NCBI GenBank assembly: GCA_021848065.1
Contig: JAJZNA010000010.1
Coordinates: forward strand, 34,586 to 98,585
DNA: 64,000 nucleotides
Direction: 5' to 3'
Source: Candidatus Micrarchaeota archaeon
Lineage (GTDB): Archaea; Micrarchaeota; Micrarchaeia; Micrarchaeales; CABMGC01
The notes beneath the pieces are model-generated. The model saw only the letters and a list, made by a program, of their open reading frames with translations, had not been told where the DNA came from and made no database searches. Both the position numbers and the translations under genes were made by a program. Shown here piece after piece: positions 44,672-52,882 of the stretch. Each line of letters begins with the position of its first letter. Position 1 is the stretch's first letter.

Positions 44672-44766
44672 GGGGTCGTCTGCTAGCTTGGTTAGGCTCT
44701 GTGCTTAGGGAGCATAAGACCCGAGTTCAAAATAAGCGAATGCTTATGAAAGTCTCGGCGACCCCG
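44672..44766 (+). tRNA. tRNA-Pro with a 21-nt T-loop (59/60) intron; anticodon reads AGG at canonical positions 34-36
   Basis: Acceptor GGGGTCG/CGACCCC, anticodon arm TGTGC-TTAGGGA-GCATA, T stem CCGAG/CTCGG. The T loop TTCAAA...T is interrupted by 44732-44752. The mature length would be 74 nt. Confidence 0.8.
44732..44752 (+). other. non-canonical tRNA intron (position 59/60) in a strict hBHBh' motif
   Basis: Outer helix is the T stem. Central helix is TTCA (44726-29) / TGAA (44747-50). Bulges are AAA (44730-32) and AGT (44751-53). Inner helix is TAAGC/GCTTA with a GAAT loop. Confidence 0.75.
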
Positions 44767-44779
44767 ATCAGGTGGAAAA

Positions 44780-45394
44780 ATGTCAAACGAACTGTTGATA
44801 GACCAGGCAACGTACTTAGAGGCAGGAATACACATAGGGACAAAGATAAAGACCCCAGGAATGAAGAAGTTCATCTACAAGGTAAGGGAAGACGGTCTGT
44901 ACCTGCTGGATCTCAACACCATAGACCAGAAAATAAAGAACGCGGCAAAGTTCCTCGCCCAGTATGAGCCTGGGGAGATAGTCGTAACCGCATCAAGAAT
45001 ATACGCCATAGCGTCCGCATCAAAGTTTGCAGAGATAATAAAGGCCAAGATGCTGAGCGGCAGGGTTGTACCTGGAATATTCACAAACCCTCACAGGGAG
45101 GACTTCATGGAACCTGGCATACTCTTGCTAAGCGACACTAGGAACGAGAGGCAGGCAGTGAAGGAGGCCAGTAAGACAAACATACCTATAGTTGCCCTGT
45201 GTGATACTGACAACTGGATAAAATACGTTGATCTTGTCATACCTTGCAACAACAAGGGAAGGCGCTCACTCGCACTTATCTACTACCTCCTGGCAAGGGA
45301 GTTCCTCAAGGAGAAAGGGTTAATAAAGTCAAACGAGGAATTCAATTACAAAGTCTCCGACTTCGAAGCAAAGGTGGAGATGAAGGCGAAGTAA
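44780..45394 (+). CDS. rps2: 30S ribosomal protein S2 (uS2)
   Basis: 204 aa. LLEAGIHIGTK...DGLYLLDL...LLLSDTRNERQAVKEA...IPIVALCDTDN. SD-like AGGTGG at 44770-44775. Confidence 0.9.
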   Translation: MSNELLIDQATYLEAGIHIGTKIKTPGMKKFIYKVREDGLYLLDLNTIDQKIKNAAKFLAQYEPGEIVVTASRIYAIASASKFAEIIKAKMLSGRVVPGIFTNPHREDFMEPGILLLSDTRNERQAVKEASKTNIPIVALCDTDNWIKYVDLVIPCNNKGRRSLALIYYLLAREFLKEKGLIKSNEEFNYKVSDFEAKVEMKAK

Positions 45395-45409
45395 TTGGGC
45401 CCAAAGCGG

Positions 45410-45925
45410 ATGAAACTCCAGGTTGCAGTAGACTTTCTATCCTCATACGGGATTGCCCTCGTAATAATATTCATAGCTTTCGCTGCCATATACTCTATAG
45501 CCCTGAGTCCCAACAATCCTGCAGTCTTTTGCACTCCAAATCCTGGTTTTGACTGCGCCTTTGTTTCCATAAATGCGTCTGGCGTTATGACTGCCAAGCT
45601 CTCACAGGCTACTGGAACCGAGATAACAATAAATGGAATAGCCTGCTCGTCACAGCAGAGCAGTTCCGCAGACGTCCCAGCCTTCGGCAATACTGGGGTG
45701 TCAAGTTCAATATCTTATTATCCTTCGCAATACTACCCACCTGGAAATTCTATGTACAGCGGAAGCTCGTACGTATTCAGGATGTACTGCTACTCGTCAT
45801 CTTCGGGCGTGGCTACAGGAAAGACTGGCACTCCTTTCACAGGATACATCTGGCTTAACTACACCGTACCTAACTACGGCTCTGTAGTGCAGAAAGTTGC
45901 CGTGTTCTCAACAGTATACTCCTAG
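45410..45925 (+). CDS. putative type IV pilin-like protein (class III signal peptide candidate)
   Basis: 171 aa from ATG 45410 (the tracked TTG start at 45395 adds MGPKR). N-terminus is MKLQVAVDFLSSYGIALVIIFIAFAAIY, giving Q at +1, an acidic residue at +5 and a hydrophobic helix. The rest is Ser/Tyr/Cys-rich and extracellular-like. Confidence 0.4.
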   Translation: MKLQVAVDFLSSYGIALVIIFIAFAAIYSIALSPNNPAVFCTPNPGFDCAFVSINASGVMTAKLSQATGTEITINGIACSSQQSSSADVPAFGNTGVSSSISYYPSQYYPPGNSMYSGSSYVFRMYCYSSSSGVATGKTGTPFTGYIWLNYTVPNYGSVVQKVAVFSTVYS

Positions 45926-45928
45926 GCT

Positions 45929-47452
45929 TCATTCAGCCCTGCTGAAAAGTATTTCTGGCTTTTCTACCTTGAACTCGTTTGACAACTTCTTCGCCTCCTC
46001 AAAGCTCGATGGGGTCTCGTGTATGTATCCCAGGAGCCTCTCAGCGCTTGATGGCATGTATGGATATGTGAGTATGCCCAGTATCCTGCATATGTTGGCG
46101 CATATGAAAAGTACCTTCTTAGCCTTAGCCTCATCCTCCTTGATCAGCTTCCACGGTGCGCTGTTCTGGAAGTACCTGTTGCCCAGGTTTGATATCTCAA
46201 GTATCTTGAGTAGCGCTACGTTCAGCTGTTCCGCCTCAAGCATCCTCTCAACTTCACCAACAAGGCCCGTTATCTGGCCTACCAACTCCATGTCTTCATC
46301 TCCAAGCTTCTGCTTCTCCACCTTTCCTCCCAGCTTGCTGGATATGAATGTAAGCGTGCGATTTACGAAGTTGCCCAGGTTGCCTACAAGCTCGTTGTTT
46401 ATCACGTCCTTCAACGTCCTGTCTGAGAAGTCGCCATCCTGGAATGTGGATATCTCCTTCATAAGGTAGTACCTGACAGGATCCGTGCCGTACTTTCTTA
46501 TCACGTCCATGGGATCAACTACGTTTCCTATGGATTTGGACATCTTCTCCCCCTCAACAGTTATGTATCCGTGGACAAGTATGGACCTGGGAACTTCGAA
46601 TCCTCCTGACATCAACATGGCGGGCCAGTATATGGCATGGAACCTAACAATGCCTTTTCCTATCACGTGCATGTCTATCGGCCACATCTCATTGAATGCC
46701 TTTCTGTCAGATGCAATTCCTGCTGCAGTCAGGTAGTATCCCAGCGCATCAAACCAGACGTAAAGTATCTGGGACGGATCTCCCGGTACGGGTATGCCCC
46801 ACCCGTGCGCCCTATTTACAGACCGCGACACGCTGAAATCCTCAAGCCCACTCCTCATGAAGTTGACCACCTCCGCCTTCCTGCTGCTTGGGATTATTCT
46901 TATTTCATCTTTCTCTATGGCTGCAATGAGCCTGTCCTGATATTTGGACAGCCTGAAGAAGTAATTCTCTTCCTCAACCCGCTCCGGCTTGGTGCGGTGT
47001 TCCGGGCACAATCCGCCGTCAAGTTCACCTTCAGCATAAAACAATTCGCAGCCCACGCAGTAAAGCCCGCTGTACTTCTTCTTGTATATGTCGCCGCTGG
47101 CATTGCATGCGTCCCACAGTATCTGCGTCATCTTCCAATGGTCTCCTTTCAGAGAGGTCCTCACAAAGGTGTCGTACGACATGTTTATGCTGTCTACAAG
47201 ATCCCTGAATAGGGCAGAGTTCCTTTGGCAAAGGTCCTCCGTTTTCATGCCCAGTTTCTCGGCAGATAGGGCATTCTTCAGGCTGTTCTCATCCGTTCCT
47301 GTCGCCAGGAACACATTATCTCCCTTAAGCCTCCTGTACCTGGCTATAACGTCGGCCTGGACGAACTCGAGGGCATGGCCAATATGCGGCGGAGCGTTAA
47401 CATAAGGTATTGACGTTGCTATATAGAACTTAGGCAAGGATACACCTGGCAA
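45929..47452 (-). CDS. metG: methionyl-tRNA synthetase (core enzyme, no C-terminal tRNA-binding appendix)
   Basis: 507 aa. PYVNAPPHIGH (HIGH motif), KMSKS, and a CxxC knuckle (CVGC...CPEH). Confidence 0.95.
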   Translation of the reverse strand: MPGVSLPKFYIATSIPYVNAPPHIGHALEFVQADVIARYRRLKGDNVFLATGTDENSLKNALSAEKLGMKTEDLCQRNSALFRDLVDSINMSYDTFVRTSLKGDHWKMTQILWDACNASGDIYKKKYSGLYCVGCELFYAEGELDGGLCPEHRTKPERVEEENYFFRLSKYQDRLIAAIEKDEIRIIPSSRKAEVVNFMRSGLEDFSVSRSVNRAHGWGIPVPGDPSQILYVWFDALGYYLTAAGIASDRKAFNEMWPIDMHVIGKGIVRFHAIYWPAMLMSGGFEVPRSILVHGYITVEGEKMSKSIGNVVDPMDVIRKYGTDPVRYYLMKEISTFQDGDFSDRTLKDVINNELVGNLGNFVNRTLTFISSKLGGKVEKQKLGDEDMELVGQITGLVGEVERMLEAEQLNVALLKILEISNLGNRYFQNSAPWKLIKEDEAKAKKVLFICANICRILGILTYPYMPSSAERLLGYIHETPSSFEEAKKLSNEFKVEKPEILFSRAE

Positions 47453-47540
47453 GGCTTACTTCCACTATTCTATTATTTGATAGATGTTTTTTTATTTGTA
47501 TGTAATACTGGTATAGGGGACAGTCTTATTCAGTGATACT

Positions 47541-49604
47541 ATGGATGCCATAACTGCCGAAGCGATTTCAAGCAAGATAAATGACTTCCTTAATGCGTAC
47601 TACGAGGATCAGGTCAACGAACTATTCATAAGCTATCCGAAAAGGCGAAGCCTTCTGGTTGACCTTAAGGACCTGGAGAAGTTCGATATTGATCTTGCAA
47701 ATGAATTCCTGGAGAACCCAGACTCTATCGTACCCATAGCCAACAAGACCCTCTCCAGGCGAAATCCCAATCCTGACGCCGATACACCAGTACACATGCG
47801 CCTTTTCGGGTCAGACGCAAACATGCCATTGATACAGGACGTTGGGTCCGAATACATAGGCAGACTGCTTACTCTGGACTCCCTCGTGGTAAAGCGTTCA
47901 GAGATAATACCGCGTGTGCACCTAGCAAAATACCGTTGCACCTTCTGTGGCACGACCCTCGAGCTTCGCGTAGAGCAGGATGAGCCGATGGACATCTGCC
48001 CCCAGTGCAAACGCAGGTCACTCAAGCAGATAACCAACGAGTCGAAGTTCATCAACATGCAGCGCATAGCCGTGCAGGACCCGCTGGAGAGGCTAAAGGG
48101 AAGCACCCCAACATGGCACCTAGAGGTCATACTTGATGACGATCTGGTGAACACCATCATACCTGGTGACAGGGTGGACATCACCGGAATCCTGCGCATA
48201 CGGCCCAGAAAGACCCCGCACGGCAAGGAGGACAAGATACTTTTCACCCCATATCTGGACGCACTCACGCTCAAGCCGAAGCAGAAGGAGTTTGCCGAGT
48301 TGGAGATAACGCAGGAGGAAGAAGAGGCCATAAAGGAGATGTCAAAGGATCCTGTAATATTCGACAAAATAGCCAAGTCAATCGCTCCGTCAATATATGG
48401 CCACGACGAGATAAAGCAAGCCCTCGCCCTGCAGCTTTTCGGAGGGACTCCGGACAAGAAGCTCATCGACGGGGGAAAGATAAGGGCCGACATGCACATA
48501 CTGCTTATAGGGGATCCCGGAAGCGCAAAGACCAGGCTGCTTCAGGCCGTCACCACACTGGTACCTAAGGGCATATACGTAAGCGGCAAGTCAACGACCT
48601 CAGCAGGTCTTACAGCGTCTGCCGAAAGGGACGAATTCTCCGAAGGCGGGTGGACGCTTAAGGCTGGCGCCCTAGTCCTGGGATCAGGAGGGCAGGTCAG
48701 CATCGACGAATTCGACAAGATAGGGGACGAGGACAAGTCGTCCCTTCTAGAAGCCCTCGAGTCCCAGACAATAAGCGTGGCAAAGGCAGGAATAGTGGCA
48801 AAGTTCCAGGCCAAGGCATCAGTTCTAGCTGCGGCAAACCCCAAATACGGGCGGTTCGACAAGAATGCATACCCTGCCGACCAGTTTGATATACCTCCAG
48901 CCCTGCTCTCAAGGTTCGATCTAATATTTCCAATTCCCGACGTCCTTGACGAAGAACAGGACACGCGCATAGCAAAGCACATACTCACCCAGCACGAGGC
49001 TGCCGGAGCAGTTGTGTCAGGTGCAAATGACGTAGAGAACATACAGGCCCCTCCACTGGACTCCGAAGTACTAAGGAAGTACATAGCCTATGCGAAGAAG
49101 AACGTCAAGCCAAGGCTATCCCCTGAGGCAAGCAAGATAATATCCGATTATTATATCGGCCTGAGGAAGCTAGGAATCAAGCAGGGGGCTACGCCCATAA
49201 CTCCAAGGCAGATAGAAGGCCTTGTAAGGATAGCCGAAGCCTCGGCCAAATCAAGACTTTCAGAAAACATAATACTTAGGGACGCCGAGATAGCTGTATC
49301 ACTTTTTGAATTCATGTTCAAGACCCTTGCCGTAGACAGCAGCGGAAGGAGGGACATAGACATGCTTATGACGGGGGTGCCTAAGGAGAAGGTAAACCAG
49401 ATAAACTCCATAATCGCCCTGATAAAGAAGATTGATGACGATACCGGCGCCGGTGCGCCAATAGTCACCGTACTGGACGAGGCAGAGAAGCAGGGGATAA
49501 GCAGGGACAAGACGACAAAGTTCATCAACGAGCTCGAAAGGAGCGGTGACATCTACTCCCCGAAAGCAGGCATATTAAAAATTGTGAGGCGCGAAGAAGA
49601 ATAA
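47541..49604 (+). CDS. mcm: MCM replicative helicase
   Basis: 687 aa. Zn motif is CTFCG...CPQC. Walker A is GDPGSAKT. Walker B is IDEFDK. Arginine finger is SRFDL. Has a C-terminal wHTH. Confidence 0.95.
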   Translation: MDAITAEAISSKINDFLNAYYEDQVNELFISYPKRRSLLVDLKDLEKFDIDLANEFLENPDSIVPIANKTLSRRNPNPDADTPVHMRLFGSDANMPLIQDVGSEYIGRLLTLDSLVVKRSEIIPRVHLAKYRCTFCGTTLELRVEQDEPMDICPQCKRRSLKQITNESKFINMQRIAVQDPLERLKGSTPTWHLEVILDDDLVNTIIPGDRVDITGILRIRPRKTPHGKEDKILFTPYLDALTLKPKQKEFAELEITQEEEEAIKEMSKDPVIFDKIAKSIAPSIYGHDEIKQALALQLFGGTPDKKLIDGGKIRADMHILLIGDPGSAKTRLLQAVTTLVPKGIYVSGKSTTSAGLTASAERDEFSEGGWTLKAGALVLGSGGQVSIDEFDKIGDEDKSSLLEALESQTISVAKAGIVAKFQAKASVLAAANPKYGRFDKNAYPADQFDIPPALLSRFDLIFPIPDVLDEEQDTRIAKHILTQHEAAGAVVSGANDVENIQAPPLDSEVLRKYIAYAKKNVKPRLSPEASKIISDYYIGLRKLGIKQGATPITPRQIEGLVRIAEASAKSRLSENIILRDAEIAVSLFEFMFKTLAVDSSGRRDIDMLMTGVPKEKVNQINSIIALIKKIDDDTGAGAPIVTVLDEAEKQGISRDKTTKFINELERSGDIYSPKAGILKIVRREEE

Positions 49605-49770
49605 CGGTGTTTGTCTGGAGAGGAAGATAGAGAATAGGCAGCTTCTTAACATAATAACTCTTTTCGCAATAGTCCAGTTCGCGGGATTCCTGATATCCAT
49701 CTATGCGCTGGGCCCCGCAGAGCTCTATGCCGCACCTTCACAGCCTTCAGTATCCATTTCAGACGCCGTA

Positions 49771-50658
49771 ATGTACCTGCTTTACATAATCGTATTCTCA
49801 GCAGCTATAATAATCGTATTCAGATTCATAAAAGGCAACATACTGTTCGTATTGCTGGAAGCCTTCGTGGTTCTCTTTGCAACGGCATTTTTGCTGTTCA
49901 TAGTGCTGGCAACAGCGCTTCCTGCAGTTAACTACCTATACATCGCGCTGTTCTCGGCCCTAGTGGCAATTGCCCTCATAGTGGCCAAGAACTACAGGCC
50001 CAAGCTGAGGAATCTTATAGCCATAACCTCCAGCATTGGTGTGGGCGTGGTCATAGGCCTGAACGGCTTCAACGTCGCATACCTTCTGATGATGTTCATA
50101 GCCGTATACGATTACATAGCCGTATTCGTGACAAAGCACATGATAACCCTTGCCAGAGAGGTATCCTCCCGCAATCTTGCATTCCTTATAGGTTCAAGCG
50201 ACATAGAGGCCATACCAAAGAAATACACAACGCAGAAAGACAGGGCGGACTTCAGGAAGAGCGTTGACATAAAGTCAGTGAAGGACCCCGTACTTAAGAA
50301 GCTGATTTCATCCGGTGCCATACCAATAGTATCACAGGTGCAGCTTGGCACTGGGGACCTTGCCCTGCCGCTCATGCTCACTGTAAGCGCCTACATAAGC
50401 TTCATCAACTACGCCATACCAGTCATGATAATACTCGGCTCCATCTCGGGCCTTGTGTTCACAATGTACTTGTTGAAGCGCTATAAGGTGGCGCTTCCGG
50501 CAATACCTCCTCTCTTTGCATTCATAAACCTCTTCCTAGGCCTGGCCTTCCTACTGGTGAAGACTTCGCAGACATGGCTGTGGGCCGGCTTCCTTGCCAT
50601 AGCTGCGGCTACACTTGCTGTGCTCATGTCAAAGCTTAGGCGGCTCGCGTCGCAATGA
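49771..50658 (+). CDS. presenilin / signal-peptide-peptidase-like intramembrane aspartyl protease (A22 family); true N-terminus probably lies upstream
   Basis: Motifs: YDYIAVF (first catalytic Asp), LGTGDLALP (GxGD) and PAIPPL (PAL-like). The same frame is open from 49588 and encodes a TM1-like helix, but holds no ATG/GTG/TTG before 49771. Confidence 0.75.
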   Translation: MYLLYIIVFSAAIIIVFRFIKGNILFVLLEAFVVLFATAFLLFIVLATALPAVNYLYIALFSALVAIALIVAKNYRPKLRNLIAITSSIGVGVVIGLNGFNVAYLLMMFIAVYDYIAVFVTKHMITLAREVSSRNLAFLIGSSDIEAIPKKYTTQKDRADFRKSVDIKSVKDPVLKKLISSGAIPIVSQVQLGTGDLALPLMLTVSAYISFINYAIPVMIILGSISGLVFTMYLLKRYKVALPAIPPLFAFINLFLGLAFLLVKTSQTWLWAGFLAIAAATLAVLMSKLRRLASQ

Positions 50659-50712
50659 ATCCGCAAAGGTTTATAATCATTAAAGCAGATATCGCTAGTG
50701 CTTATTGCTGGG

Positions 50713-51036
50713 ATGATTTGCATGATAGAACTCACAAGTAAAAATTTCGATTCGGAAGTGCTGAAGTCAGACATGCCTGTCGTTGTTGATTTCTGGGCCA
50801 CATGGTGCGGTCCATGCCGTATATTCAGCCCTATAATCGAGGATGTTGCTAAGGACTACTCCAGCAAGGCGAAGTTCGGCAAGCTGGACACCGATGAAAA
50901 CTCAGACATAGCGTCAAGGTACAACATAATGTCTATACCTACTGTCCTTCTCTTCCAGAACGGCGAAGTCAAGGCCATGTCCGTTGGCGCGCTCCCAAAG
51001 GAGTCATTCAAGAAATGGCTTGACGGCAACCTCTAA
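50713..51036 (+). CDS. trx: thioredoxin
   Basis: WCGPC active site with DFWATWCGPCR context. Start is ambiguous (GTG 50698, ATG 50713, ATG 50722). TATA-like gtttataatc at about 50667-50676. Confidence 0.85.
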   Translation: MICMIELTSKNFDSEVLKSDMPVVVDFWATWCGPCRIFSPIIEDVAKDYSSKAKFGKLDTDENSDIASRYNIMSIPTVLLFQNGEVKAMSVGALPKESFKKWLDGNL

Positions 51037-51053
51037 GGCATGCGGAGATAAAG

Positions 51054-52367
51054 ATGGCCATAAAGACGCCTCAGGGCGATATCGTTGGGCTGCCAAGGGG
51101 CACCAGCGACTTCATTCCTAAGGATTCAATAGCGATAGAGGAGATACTGGAAGTTGCCACCGAGGTCTTCAGACGCTACGGCTTCTCACCGATAATAACC
51201 CCGGCCATAGAGAATACTGCCACATTAAGCGCTAAGGCCTATGGTGAGGAGTCCACCAAGGAGATGTATCTTCTCGATGGCGGCCAGGAAGCCTTAAGGT
51301 TCGATCTTACCGTGCCGCTGGCAAGATACATGGCCATGAACAAGGACACGCCATTCCCTTTCAAGAGATACCAGATCGGAAATGTCTGGAGGAAGGACGA
51401 GCCGCAGCGCATGAGGTCCAGGGAGTTCCTACAGGCAGACTTGGATATAGTGGGGGTAAGCGATCAAAGGGCTGACGCAGAGTGCGTAGCGGCCATCTCG
51501 GAGATAATGTGGAAGCTGGGCATTGAGGATTTCAGCATATTCGTGAACAGCAGGGGACTGCTGAATTCAGTGCTAGACTCTTACAAGGTGTCCAAGGATT
51601 CGCAGGCCGAGGTCATAAGGGTAATAGACAAGATGCACAAGACAAGCGTCAACGACACCATAAGCAGGCTTGTGCAGTTGGGCCTGGCACAGACTGACGC
51701 TGAGAACATGGTAAACTTCATAACATGGGGCAGCACCAACGAGGAGAAGCTGGGCAAGCTTGAGATAAATGCTCCGGCAGCAAAGGCTGAGGCGTCCAAG
51801 CTCAGGGATTTCTTATCACTCCTGTCAAATTACGATATAAAAGGAAGCGTTAATGTGGATTTCTCACTGGCAAGGGGCCTCGATTACTACACTGGGATGA
51901 TATTCGAGTTCTCTGTAGTAACGGCAGGGCGCAGGTCACCTTCTTTGGCCGGTGGCGGAAGATACGACGGCCTTATAGGGATGTACTCAAAGTCCCCAAC
52001 ACCTGCCGTGGGCATGTCGATAGGTATAACACGCGTGCTGGAGATGCTTAGGGAGAGGGTAGGCAGCGAGGTCGGACGCAAGTCCTATCCACAGGTCTTC
52101 ATCGCAAGCATAGGGAAGGAGAACACGGCCTATTCCATAGGCATAGCAAGCAGGCTCAGGGCTTCAGGGATATACGTAGACCTAAACGTAGCTGAGAAAG
52201 GCATATCAAAGCAGCTAGAGTACTCGAACAGCATAGGGGTTAAATATGTTGTCATAGTAGGTAACAGGGAGAGGGAGTCCAAAAAGGTAAACCTTAAGGA
52301 CATGTCAAGCGGAAGCGAGGAGATGCTTGACATAGACCTCTTGATTCAAAGATTAAAGGGGAGCTGA
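51054..52367 (+). CDS. hisS: histidyl-tRNA synthetase
   Basis: 437 aa. PRGTSDF, class II motifs (YQIGNVWRKDEPQRMRSREFLQADLD; GGGRYDGL), and a C-terminal anticodon-binding domain. Confidence 0.95.
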   Translation: MAIKTPQGDIVGLPRGTSDFIPKDSIAIEEILEVATEVFRRYGFSPIITPAIENTATLSAKAYGEESTKEMYLLDGGQEALRFDLTVPLARYMAMNKDTPFPFKRYQIGNVWRKDEPQRMRSREFLQADLDIVGVSDQRADAECVAAISEIMWKLGIEDFSIFVNSRGLLNSVLDSYKVSKDSQAEVIRVIDKMHKTSVNDTISRLVQLGLAQTDAENMVNFITWGSTNEEKLGKLEINAPAAKAEASKLRDFLSLLSNYDIKGSVNVDFSLARGLDYYTGMIFEFSVVTAGRRSPSLAGGGRYDGLIGMYSKSPTPAVGMSIGITRVLEMLRERVGSEVGRKSYPQVFIASIGKENTAYSIGIASRLRASGIYVDLNVAEKGISKQLEYSNSIGVKYVVIVGNRERESKKVNLKDMSSGSEEMLDIDLLIQRLKGS

Positions 52368-52372
52368 TAACA

Positions 52373-52882
52373 ATGGCAAAATCTGAATTAGAGGAAGTTA
52401 CTCACAAGGCCATAAGGAATGGTGGCCTGCTAGTCAAGCTTTATTTTGACATGCAGAGTCAGAAGAAAGATGACCTCCAGCCGCTTATGACCGACTTGAT
52501 AAACAACAGGCTGCTCAAGTCACCTGGGGTCATATACTGCGCAGGGGTTATAGACGAGCCTATCCAACTGGAAGACGTCTACTCCACCAATGCAATAGTG
52601 ACTGTTCTGTTCAAGGACATAGGCGCACTCATAAACGTAGTCTTCAACTTCGCCCCTATAGGTGTGGAGATACAGAAGCCTGAGGGCGAGTACACCGTCA
52701 AGATAAGCGACCTTAATGGCGTTCTTGTCACACTTTCACAGATATCCTCAGAGTACTCAAAATACATACTTACCAAGGTTCTCGGCAAGGAGGAACTCGA
52801 TAAAGTCAATCAGAGCCTCAGGGTGAGGGAAGAACTCGGAAAGCGCCTCATGGATAAGCCGGAGCCTAAGCAAGATTCCTGA
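52373..52882 (+). CDS. hypothetical protein
   Basis: 169 aa and soluble, with no motif recognised. Starts 5 nt after hisS. Confidence 0.45.
   Translation: MAKSELEEVTHKAIRNGGLLVKLYFDMQSQKKDDLQPLMTDLINNRLLKSPGVIYCAGVIDEPIQLEDVYSTNAIVTVLFKDIGALINVVFNFAPIGVEIQKPEGEYTVKISDLNGVLVTLSQISSEYSKYILTKVLGKEELDKVNQSLRVREELGKRLMDKPEPKQDS

Noticed and set aside
49607-49630. BHB-type intron as the explanation for the missing presenilin start codon
   Set aside because: I tried to fold 49600-49670. Only purine/pyrimidine-tract pairings turned up (gaag/cttc, gag/ctc). There was no pair of 3-nt bulges separated by 4 bp. An indel or a non-canonical start is more likely.
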